Shown here piece by piece: positions 16,534-24,192 of a DNA stretch of 50,647 nucleotides. The notes under the pieces were generated by a model. It made no database searches and was not told the origin of the DNA. It worked only from the letters and a program-made list of their open reading frames with translations. Made by a program: the position numbers and the translations under genes. The stretch's first letter is position 1. Each line of letters starts with the position of its first letter. Origin of the DNA: a virus (taxonomy: Duplodnaviria > Caudoviricetes); the IMG/VR virus record IMGVR_UViG_3300050138_000100, positions 1-50,647 of that record; one strand, given 5' to 3'.

Positions 16534-17127
16534 TTACACTACTCGCTTCTTCTGAACAATCCGCGTGCCAGGCACGGCAATGCCGGGCTTCTTGTTATCG
16601 CCGGACTTGATACCGAGCACGTCGGTCCGCAGCTTGCCGTGGTCGATCGTCCAATACTTGCGCGGGATTTTGGTTTCGTCGGCTACCACAACGTCGGTAA
16701 ACGTCGTAATCGACACGCCCGGCTCGCTGGTCGTCAACGTATCGAGCTTCTCCATCATCTCCAGCGCTTTGTCCGGCGTGATCTCGGCGTTCTCCAGCTT
16801 TTGCTGAATCTCCTCGATCTTTGCCGCGTTCTTGCCTTCGTACTGATTCACGAACTCTGTCAGCTGCTTCTGGATAGTGCTTTTGGCTGAGCCTAGCTCC
16901 TGTTCCAGCGGCTTAAACATGCCCGTGAAGGTTTTGAGGGCTTCGTTCATAGGCTTGGTTACGGCCTCTTTCTTGGCCTTGACCTGCTTCTCGAAATGCT
17001 TGGCGTGCGCGAAGATTTTCAGCCCTTCGTGAAACGCGGCCGGCGTCCCGATTTTTTTCGGGACCACAATCTCTTTCGACTGCGTCTCGAGCTCGACCAA
17101 TTCTTGCTTAACTTTGTCTCCTGCCAT
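16534..17127 (-). CDS. Gp157/Gam-like coiled-coil phage protein
   Basis: C-terminal VVVADETKIPRKYWTID...VPGTRIV; GGAGACAACG-CT-ATG at 17127. Confidence 0.55.
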   Translation of the reverse strand: MAGDKVKQELVELETQSKEIVVPKKIGTPAAFHEGLKIFAHAKHFEKQVKAKKEAVTKPMNEALKTFTGMFKPLEQELGSAKSTIQKQLTEFVNQYEGKNAAKIEEIQQKLENAEITPDKALEMMEKLDTLTTSEPGVSITTFTDVVVADETKIPRKYWTIDHGKLRTDVLGIKSGDNKKPGIAVPGTRIVQKKRVV

Positions 17128-17184
17128 AGCGTTGTCTCCTTGTTTAACTTCTTTCATTATAGCACACGCGTCCCTGTTAATCAA

Positions 17185-17370
17185 TTACTGATATTTGTCG
17201 ACCAGCTCCCTAACAATTTTTGCGAGCGCTTCGATCTTGGCTTCTAAAATACCGTGTAACTCGCCTAGCGTTTTGCCGTCAAACTCTTTGCCGTCAAACT
17301 CTTTTGCGTCAGTTTTACAGTCCTCTATTATCAGATCTAGCACCCTGAGCGTATCAGTTTTACTCGCCAT
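17185..17370 (-). CDS. hypothetical protein
   Basis: ORF with GAGG RBS. Confidence 0.55.
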   Translation of the reverse strand: MASKTDTLRVLDLIIEDCKTDAKEFDGKEFDGKTLGELHGILEAKIEALAKIVRELVDKYQ

Positions 17371-17502
17371 CTTTAACCTCTACCAATTCCCAGCCCGGTC
17401 CGTAACCTGACGTATTGCCTTGCTCGATCAAGTCAGCGATTCGTCGCAAACAGTCAGGCCAGTCTACGATCGGGCCTTCGTCTAAAATGCTAATGCTGTA
17501 GC

Positions 17503-17838
17503 TCATGCGTAAACCACCTCTCCGAACAGCGCCAGCTGCACGATACAGTCAGCGTCAGCAGCGTCCATATCGTCGAAATTACTACGATCGTAAAGCTCCA
17601 CGCCTTTCAAAAACTTCTTGAGCGTCAGCGTCAGCCATTTTTCATCTTCGGTATCGTATATTTTTATCTTGCTACCGCGCGTTAAGCACTCACTGATAGC
17701 CGTAGCGCCCTCTGGCATTTTTGACGGCACAATATCAACGGTGCTGGCCCAATAGCTAATGCCACTATACAGCGCAGCGTCGAGCACATTGTCAACCTGC
17801 TCTGACGTAATCGTCTTCGTAAAACTATGCTTTTTCAT
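17503..17838 (-). CDS. hypothetical phage protein
   Basis: GISYWA...DAADADCIVQLALFGEVVY pattern. Confidence 0.7.
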   Translation of the reverse strand: MKKHSFTKTITSEQVDNVLDAALYSGISYWASTVDIVPSKMPEGATAISECLTRGSKIKIYDTEDEKWLTLTLKKFLKGVELYDRSNFDDMDAADADCIVQLALFGEVVYA

Positions 17839-17992
17839 ACCAGCTCGCTTTCATGATTAACACCCTGCCTGTATAATTCGTCCACCAACCAGCCAGCAGA
17901 AGCGCGATCAGCGCCGCTACCTACCAGTTCGTCTTCACTGTTAAAGACTAGCCACTCACCTCTGTCCTCTTGTAGTCTGTAGCCTTTGTAAT

Positions 17993-18175
17993 TCATGCTA
18001 TCGCCTCTCTGACTTCTTGAACTATGTTCATAGCGACGGCGTCGACCACACCGCTGTAATCTGAAAAGGTTAATTCTCCCAGATCGCCTGCCCGGTCTTG
18101 GGCGATAAGCTCATGAATTTGCTCGGCCACTTTGTTGACCAATAAAGCTGATTCTACTACCTGTGTTGCTGTCAT
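17993..18175 (-). CDS. hypothetical protein
   Basis: GGAGACAACG-AC-ATG. Confidence 0.65.
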   Translation of the reverse strand: MTATQVVESALLVNKVAEQIHELIAQDRAGDLGELTFSDYSGVVDAVAMNIVQEVREAIA

Positions 18176-18214
18176 GTCGTTGTCTCCTTTGATACTGCTT
18201 ATGTTTATACTTAT

Positions 18215-18243
18215 ATCATATCAAGCAGTACCCCTGTTGTCAA
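18215..18243 (-). promoter_or_regulatory. sigma70 promoter with CAGGGGTAC in the spacer
   Basis: TTGACA-17-TATGAT. Confidence 0.75.
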
Positions 18244-18248
18244 GGGTT

Positions 18249-18965
18249 TTATACCTGTGAATCGAACTTTACGGCAACGGCCCGGCTGTGCCAGCCGACG
18301 TCTTTCGGACCGTCCTTTTGAGCCCACGCGCTGAACGCGTACATAGCCTCGAAGTCGATCTGCCCGAACTTGCCGATTTTCTTGAGCCACCAGAGCATAC
18401 TGTTGTGGTTCAAATGCCCGTGATCGCCGTCGGTATCATGCGCCTGGTCCGGCGATGTGCTGCCATTTGCAATAAAGAAGCCGTAACGGGCGTGCTGGGC
18501 CATGAAATGCAACACCCGGTCGACGTCTTCATTCATAATGTGCTCCAGGAATTCACACGCTGTCACCAGGTCGACTTTAGCCGGCGTTTGGTATTTCCAT
18601 GTGTCTCCGTCCAAAGCGTCGCCTATAGACACTCTACGTGCGTCGGCTGGTGTGATTCGGCTCAGCCGGTCCTTTGCCTTCAAAATTGCGTATTCGCTGA
18701 CGTCGAAGCCGGTGGCGTCGATATCGTTATCCAAAAACTCGCTGACGCTGAACCCGTACGCGCAGGCCACGTCAACCGCGCTGCCGATCGGCCCGTGCTT
18801 CTCGCGCACCGTCCTGATGATTGCCTTGTAAAGCATGCGGACGATCTGCTCAGTCGTCGAGTAATCGGCGTAGCCGCTGATAGTGCCGGCTTCAAAATAG
18901 TCCCGGCCATAAACTTTCGGATCGTACTTCCGGGCGTAATTATGTTCGTGCTTGTCTGCCATCAC
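18249..18965 (-). CDS. class I SAM-dependent methyltransferase
   Basis: Motif I AVDVACAYG, GFDVSEYA, DLVTACEFLEHI. Confidence 0.85.
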   Translation of the reverse strand: MMADKHEHNYARKYDPKVYGRDYFEAGTISGYADYSTTEQIVRMLYKAIIRTVREKHGPIGSAVDVACAYGFSVSEFLDNDIDATGFDVSEYAILKAKDRLSRITPADARRVSIGDALDGDTWKYQTPAKVDLVTACEFLEHIMNEDVDRVLHFMAQHARYGFFIANGSTSPDQAHDTDGDHGHLNHNSMLWWLKKIGKFGQIDFEAMYAFSAWAQKDGPKDVGWHSRAVAVKFDSQV

Positions 18966-19497
18966 CTATCGCCTTTCTTATTTCTACATCGTCTAGCATA
19001 TCAGATATCTTAGACTGCCGGTGCGCGCTTTTTAGTTCTTCTTCGCTAGGCTCGCGCATGTCTTTGGCGTCGTATTCGCTGTGCGGTAAATACAGATTGT
19101 GCTTCATCGCAAACGCACCAGGTAAATCTTTCAATATTCGAGCTTTCTCCTTGCGGTACGCTACCTGGTAAACTGCAAAAGCGTTCGCTGTCTCGATATA
19201 GCGCGCGGCAGTGCACGTAAAATAAATCCATAGTCGGTTTCTCGAGTAGCCCAAAATTATATGTTCGCGCGTCACTGCATACTTCGCTATCACATGAGCT
19301 AGAACATTAGCTTCACCTTTGTCGATCGCGTTCAAGCGGTACTCCTTCACTGCAACGCTGTTCATAACGTCGTCGTAATCAAGATTCTTCTCGGCACACA
19401 TTTTCTTGACCAGCCTGATAGCCGTCTCGCGCTCGCCGCCAACGCCTTGCTTCGCCAGCTCGATAATTTTCAGTGTCCGGTCGTCAATATCTTCCAT
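18940..19497 (-). CDS. hypothetical protein, DUF2786-like N-terminus
   Basis: LKIIELAKQGVGGERETAIRLVKKMC. Confidence 0.55.
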   Translation of the reverse strand: MEDIDDRTLKIIELAKQGVGGERETAIRLVKKMCAEKNLDYDDVMNSVAVKEYRLNAIDKGEANVLAHVIAKYAVTREHIILGYSRNRLWIYFTCTAARYIETANAFAVYQVAYRKEKARILKDLPGAFAMKHNLYLPHSEYDAKDMREPSEEELKSAHRQSKISDMLDDVEIRKAIGDGRQART

Positions 19498-19506
19498 AAT
19501 TCCAGC

Positions 19507-19737
19507 TTACCTTCCTTCGTATTTCTTGGCTACCGCTTCGTGGTTAACCTGGCTCAATGCCTGCACCGCAAAGCCAAAGTACGCGGCGTCGGCCACTGTA
19601 TGCTGCCTCGGTTTATCAGCCAACTCGTTGCCGAGCTCCTGCATAAGCGCGTGCGCGATCTCAACCTGTTCCTTGAACGGTAGGCCGCGTAGCAGCGACT
19701 TGCAGGTGTGCTCGATGACTGTTTTGTCTTTCGCCAT
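19507..19737 (-). CDS. hypothetical protein
   Basis: Probable start MAKDKT at 19737, just after the upstream stop. Confidence 0.55.
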   Translation of the reverse strand: MAKDKTVIEHTCKSLLRGLPFKEQVEIAHALMQELGNELADKPRQHTVADAAYFGFAVQALSQVNHEAVAKKYEGR

Positions 19738-19738
19738 A

Positions 19739-19852
19739 TCAGTACCCCGCGTCCTCGAGCAGGTGCTCGATCTCGTCTTCTGGAAAATCCATTGCTTCCA
19801 GCTCGGCTCGGATAGCCTCGGCCGTTTCGGTTTCGATATCTTGCTCACTCAT
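19739..19852 (-). CDS. acidic mini-protein (37 aa)
   Basis: Manual translation MSEQDIETETAEAIRAELEAMDFPEDEIEHLLEDAGY*. Confidence 0.55.
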   Translation of the reverse strand: MSEQDIETETAEAIRAELEAMDFPEDEIEHLLEDAGY

Positions 19853-19982
19853 CGCAGTCAGCCCCTAACATGTTGTCGATGTCGGCTTCGCTCAAGCCCT
19901 GGGCCCGTAGCTCGCTCTCGATCAGTTCGGCGGTCGATGGCTCAGCTTCTGCTGTCAACCCGCCTTCAAATAAATATTCCAT
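19845..19982 (-). CDS. acidic mini-protein (45 aa)
   Basis: TGCTATAAT promoter plus GGAGACAACG-CA-ATG; MEYLFEGGLTAEAEPSTAELIESELRAQGLSEADIDNMLGADCDE*. Confidence 0.65.
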   Translation of the reverse strand: MEYLFEGGLTAEAEPSTAELIESELRAQGLSEADIDNMLGADCDE

Positions 19983-20027
19983 TGCGTTGTCTCCTTGACT
20001 TCTTTAATTATAGCACTTTACTATCTG

Positions 20028-20369
20028 TTAGTCACTAGTTACGCGACCACCATAGACGGCCGACAGCAGCGGTATTAGCGCCGAAGCCGGAGCCTTGAGC
20101 TTGCCTATGTTACGCAGCACTCGGTAAACGCTTACTGTGCCGTCAGTCTCCCATATAGTCAGGCGCGTACCCCGGAAGCTGTCGATCTTAATAGCAGCTA
20201 TCTCAACGTTGCTGATGAGCCTTTTGCGGTTCATTATACTGGTCGGGGCTTTCAGATGGACGTCACCATTTTCGTAAAAATAGATCACGCAGTCACCTCT
20301 CGCTATAGACCCGAACTTCTTGCCATTGCTGTATTCGCACCTGGCGCGGTTTACATAAATTGTTTTCAT
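20028..20369 (-). CDS. hypothetical beta-rich protein
   Basis: GGAGACAGCG-ATG. Confidence 0.65.
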   Translation of the reverse strand: MKTIYVNRARCEYSNGKKFGSIARGDCVIYFYENGDVHLKAPTSIMNRKRLISNVEIAAIKIDSFRGTRLTIWETDGTVSVYRVLRNIGKLKAPASALIPLLSAVYGGRVTSD

Positions 20370-20491
20370 CGCTGTCTCCTTATTGGGCCAGCAATAGCCA
20401 CATGAACACGTAACTTACTGCTGCACCGATTGTTACTTTTCCCCACTCTTTTGCTGTCAATCCTAAAATCATTTTGTTCTCCATTTTTATG

Positions 20492-20707
20492 TTAGCGTAG
20501 CTCTTTGAACGTCAGCGGTCGGTACTTTTTATTGTACTTCTTGGCGATCAACTCGCCGCGCCGGTTCATTTCGTTAATTAAAACCATCGCCTTAGCCTTG
20601 TAAATCTCGTACGGTAGGCCCACGCTGCTGCGTCTGAGTGTCTCAAACATCTCGCGTAGCTCGCCGCCGGATAACTCGGTTAAATTGATGGTTTTGGTCT
20701 GTTCCAT
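20492..20707 (-). CDS. hypothetical protein
   Basis: GGAGACAACG-CACT-ATG. Confidence 0.65.
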   Translation of the reverse strand: MEQTKTINLTELSGGELREMFETLRRSSVGLPYEIYKAKAMVLINEMNRRGELIAKKYNKKYRPLTFKELR

Positions 20708-20744
20708 AGTGCGTTGTCTCCTTATCTTTTATGTTTATATATAA

Positions 20745-20808
20745 ATCATAGCAGACATGCACATTGTGTCAAGGGTAATATCAGGGGTCAGAATACTTCT
20801 GTGGACAA
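20745..20808 (-). promoter_or_regulatory. first early promoter, with GACCCCTGAT and DnaA-box-like TTGTCCACA
   Basis: TTGACA-16-TATGAT; TTGTCCACA at 20800-20808. Confidence 0.7.
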
Positions 20809-20811
20809 ATG

Positions 20812-20843
20812 AAAAACGAGCCAACCCCTCGAGGTCAGCTCAT
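20812..20843 (-). terminator. intrinsic terminator ending the late/lysis operon
   Basis: GAGCTGACC...GGTTGGCTC followed by GTTTTT. Confidence 0.7.
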
Positions 20844-20884
20844 TTCCCTACCAAAACCCGAGAGCAGGGTCGATTCTGCTCACA
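20812..20884 (-). ncRNA. candidate ~70-nt sRNA
   Basis: Promoter TTGACT-17-TAGAAT (20918-20890), hairpin GAGCAG/CTGCTC, then terminator; no ORF. Confidence 0.45.
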
Positions 20885-20919
20885 AGGCCATTCTAGGTAG
20901 ATTTCATGTGAAAGTCAAC

Positions 20920-21201
20920 CTACACTTTAGGCGGTAGCTGCGCACCTGGACTGGCGGCTGGCGTAACGGCAGCGACAGCCGGCTTTTTGTCGTGCGTAAA
21001 GTACGCAGCGGCAAAATGCACCAGGCTAACCAGGGCGACACCGCCGGCTAGTATCTGCGTGATATTATCCTGAAAATTAACCGGCAACTGTACGCCGAGA
21101 GCGCTAGCTACTACTACTACGGCGGTCAGGATTAAACCTGTGACGCCGACGGCCTGGACTTTTGGCACAGGCGCTTTTGATGGCTGTTGATATGGTTGCA
21201 T
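20920..21201 (-). CDS. holin
   Basis: Two TM helices, directly downstream of the endolysin. Confidence 0.75.
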   Translation of the reverse strand: MQPYQQPSKAPVPKVQAVGVTGLILTAVVVVASALGVQLPVNFQDNITQILAGGVALVSLVHFAAAYFTHDKKPAVAAVTPAASPGAQLPPKV

Positions 21202-21211
21202 ATTTAACTCC

Positions 21212-21913
21212 TTATTTAGGTGGCGTATTCGCCTTAATCCATGCGATTACTTCGTCTTGTGTGATCTGATTAGCCTCGAGACTGGCGATTTGGGCTTCTA
21301 AGCCGGCAAAGGCTTCGGCCCGTAAATGCAGGTTGCGCGTCTCGCTGTAGTTGTCGAGGTTATCCAAGACGGTCCCCAGCGGGTTATTCAGGTTGTTTTC
21401 GAAGTTTGTATTGCCGGTAGCCTGCTCGCCGGTGGCGTGCCAGACTAATTGATCTAACGTGTGCTGGTCATCTACTATTTCGTTGCGTATTGGCATAGGT
21501 GCTCCTTGTGCTGCTCCTTGTAGGGTTTGGCCTACACTTACTTTACTATTATCTGACATGTGAAGATAGACCCAACTGGCCCCGTCTCCTTCTACCCGGA
21601 CATATTTACCGTTAGTCGGGTCTTCGTTAATCTCCGTGACTACTGCTGAAATGAACGTAAATCCATTGCCTACGCCGGGGTCTGTAGCCGCGCCGTTTAC
21701 CCACCTACCAACGTGGACGTGCGGACCTGTCACGTTACCGGTAGCTCCCGATATGCCTATAGTCACCCCGTTTACTATAATCGGCGTTCCGACCGGGCAA
21801 CCGTAGTCGATTCCGTTATGAAAGCCTTGTCCGGGCGGGCAGAGGCCGGTATTAAGCGGGTAGCCGTCCTGGCAGCCAAACAATTCTGTTACTGGAAAGT
21901 CTTGGACGTTCAT
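21212..21913 (-). CDS. endolysin, M23-family peptidase with permuted segment order
   Basis: HNGID and TGPHVH zinc motifs. Confidence 0.8.
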   Translation of the reverse strand: MNVQDFPVTELFGCQDGYPLNTGLCPPGQGFHNGIDYGCPVGTPIIVNGVTIGISGATGNVTGPHVHVGRWVNGAATDPGVGNGFTFISAVVTEINEDPTNGKYVRVEGDGASWVYLHMSDNSKVSVGQTLQGAAQGAPMPIRNEIVDDQHTLDQLVWHATGEQATGNTNFENNLNNPLGTVLDNLDNYSETRNLHLRAEAFAGLEAQIASLEANQITQDEVIAWIKANTPPK

Positions 21914-21930
21914 TGAACCTTCATTATACG

Positions 21931-22554
21931 CTACTTTTTAATGATATATAATATCCCTACTAACGTGCTAACGAAACCGAAGAATATAGCGATACCTATG
22001 CTGATATATAGAGCAACGTTGTTGGACCTGGCAGTGGCCCCACCGGCTTCGGCGCGGCTTTCAACGACTTGTGCTTTGCCACCAACGCCCTCGTACTGGA
22101 AGCGCCGCAGTTCAGCGATGTCTTTGATGATCGGCTCCAGCGCGGCCGTCAAGGCGATTGTCGCGGCAGTCGCGGCCGCTTGCACCTGCGTTCGCAGCGT
22201 TTCGGCCGAGGTCGCCACGGTAGCCGCCAGCGTGGAAGCTCTAGTCTCCGCGTCTTTTGCAGCCTGTTGCGAGGCAGCTACGTCCACGGTCCTTATAGCG
22301 TCAATTCGAGCCGATTCCGCTTTACGGAGTTTTTCCTCATACGCCATCCTAACTTCACTAACTTCCTTGAGGTGCCTGGCAACTATAACGCTAATATCGT
22401 CTTGGCGTTTATCTGACGCCAAACGAAGGTCATCGAGCCTTTTGACTGACGCTTCCACTAGGTCTAGCACGTTCTGGGTTGGGTCAATTACTTCCTCACC
22501 GTGCTTGTCTGTAGCGGGGCCATCGGAGCCGGGATTGCCATTACTATTAGTCAT
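21931..22554 (-). CDS. coiled-coil protein with C-terminal TM helix (lysis accessory?)
   Basis: Ala-rich coiled coil, terminal hydrophobic helix, next to the endolysin. Confidence 0.6.
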   Translation of the reverse strand: MTNSNGNPGSDGPATDKHGEEVIDPTQNVLDLVEASVKRLDDLRLASDKRQDDISVIVARHLKEVSEVRMAYEEKLRKAESARIDAIRTVDVAASQQAAKDAETRASTLAATVATSAETLRTQVQAAATAATIALTAALEPIIKDIAELRRFQYEGVGGKAQVVESRAEAGGATARSNNVALYISIGIAIFFGFVSTLVGILYIIKK

Positions 22555-22566
22555 GCTGCTCTCCGA

Positions 22567-23016
22567 TCAGCTTATAGTCAGCGTCCAGACAATACTCAGC
22601 GTGTCGCCGGCCGCCTTGTTTATTACGGAAAACGACGTGTACGTCCACATATTGCCGGCGCTCGAAGCGTCAAAGATACCAGCCTCGGTAATCGCGCCCG
22701 TGCCGCTGCCGGCCGCCCAATCGCCCTGCATAGTCACGACGTTCGTGCTGCGGGTCTTGCTGGTCAAAGCGTTACGGGATAGCTCGGTCGTCAAAGTCGT
22801 CGTACCGCCAGTGCCAGTACCAATCGCCATGTACGTCGGCTTGCCGAGTGACGGCGCAGCTAGAATCTGGTCTGCGATAGCGTTCTTGCCGGCCGCTTCA
22901 ACCGTATTGTGCGAGCGTTCGATCTGCTTAATGCGGCCCTTGCTATCGCGCAATATCGCGACGGCGTTCCATTTACGGTGCGGGCTGTTTACGTCAATGC
23001 TGTCTGTAACTTTCAT
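22567..23016 (-). CDS. minor tail/structural protein
   Basis: HNTVEAAGKNAIAD...YMAIGTG...ELSR...ITEAGIF...INKAAGDTLSIVWTLT pattern typical of tail proteins. Confidence 0.7.
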   Translation of the reverse strand: MKVTDSIDVNSPHRKWNAVAILRDSKGRIKQIERSHNTVEAAGKNAIADQILAAPSLGKPTYMAIGTGTGGTTTLTTELSRNALTSKTRSTNVVTMQGDWAAGSGTGAITEAGIFDASSAGNMWTYTSFSVINKAAGDTLSIVWTLTIS

Positions 23017-23237
23017 GCTTTTGCCTCTATATCCCCTAATTCAATAAAACGGCCAGCGGTGTCAGCGTCCAGCTCGACAGTCTCGCCCTTAGCGATCAAC
23101 TTGCCTTCCTGGAACAGCCCGGCTTCGGTCAAAACGGTATACGCCAGACGCGCCGGATTTTGCGGTGCTTGATCGGTAGTTACGGCTGTCTGTTCGCCGT
23201 CTTCGTTGACTGTAAGTTCGTGGTGGGCCATGCGCAC
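23013..23237 (-). CDS. small structural protein
   Basis: GAGGAG RBS; KGETVELDADTAGRFIELG. Confidence 0.6.
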   Translation of the reverse strand: MRMAHHELTVNEDGEQTAVTTDQAPQNPARLAYTVLTEAGLFQEGKLIAKGETVELDADTAGRFIELGDIEAKA

Positions 23238-23285
23238 TCCTCTCGTTATTAAATATACATTTTTTGCTGCCTTATGGCAACTTCC

Positions 23286-24167
23286 CTATTTCAAGTGGCC
23301 GGTAAGATAAGTCTGAGTGGGAGTATTATCAGCGCTTACCGCAGTCGCCTGCCCCGTAAACAGCTCGACGTAGTCACCTGCCGCTAGTTTAATATCAGCA
23401 GCTACGACACTGGACATATGCTGATTTCCACCGGTGTTATTAACGATTGGGCCCGTACCGTACGCAACAATACCACCGTTTTTATATAGAGCGCATTGAG
23501 TTTGAGTACCGTTACCCATGAATGAAGTTAACAGCCCCTTAAAAGGATAATCCCCGGGTACGGGTGCTATAAATCGGTGGTTAACAAGATCGAAATTACC
23601 GCCATCATCATAAGTTAAACCGTCCAGATTTATTTTAGTACCGCCCGCTGGTGCTTGCGCACTGGATAGATAAACTGCAAAAGCCGGGTCGGCGTTATTA
23701 AGCAGTCTCGGGTATAGCCTATACGAGTGCGCGCTAGACCACCGGCCGTCTTGATTAACCGCAGTAATAGCCGTGGCGTTGCTGATATTGACACCTAAAC
23801 ATACGCTGTTAGCCGGCAATGCTTCCGGCGCCGCGCCGTTACTGACCGCGTTATGCGTGATAGCGCCGGTATTGTCGACGTACGTGTACGTGTCCTGATT
23901 AGCGGCGAAAACATGCGCCGACACCGGGTCAACCTGCACGTACTTGCCGCCTATAATGACCACGCCGCCACTCATATTAGCCGTTAAGTCGCCGGCCGGC
24001 CCGTCCCAAACGCAGCCTTGCTGAACATAATCGCCAAGCGAGGCCCGCAGTATAACCAGGCTGTTGTTGTCTGCGTCATAGTCACCAGTAGACAGCCCGG
24101 TTAGCGCGTCGTCCCACTCGCCGGCATGGATTATATCGCCAGGGTTCTTATTGTTCGGAAATCCCAT
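23286..24167 (-). CDS. tail fibre/receptor-binding protein with C1q-like C-terminal domain
   Basis: AFAVY...YDDGGNFD...RFIAPVPGDY...LYKNG...LAAGDYVELF...YLTGHL. Confidence 0.75.
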   Translation of the reverse strand: MGFPNNKNPGDIIHAGEWDDALTGLSTGDYDADNNSLVILRASLGDYVQQGCVWDGPAGDLTANMSGGVVIIGGKYVQVDPVSAHVFAANQDTYTYVDNTGAITHNAVSNGAAPEALPANSVCLGVNISNATAITAVNQDGRWSSAHSYRLYPRLLNNADPAFAVYLSSAQAPAGGTKINLDGLTYDDGGNFDLVNHRFIAPVPGDYPFKGLLTSFMGNGTQTQCALYKNGGIVAYGTGPIVNNTGGNQHMSSVVAADIKLAAGDYVELFTGQATAVSADNTPTQTYLTGHLK

Positions 24168-24192
24168 ATAAAGCTCCTATCCGCATTATACA

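Noticed and set aside
5476-20721. Dispersed GGAGACAACG repeats as a CRISPR array or attC sites
   Set aside because: Only 10 bp, irregularly spaced, non-palindromic and tied to start codons.
21941-23047. Long plus-strand ORFs (also 11755..12519, 18288..19013, 38534..39421, 44551..45291)
   Set aside because: They are antisense shadows of well-supported minus-strand genes and show no recognisable motifs.
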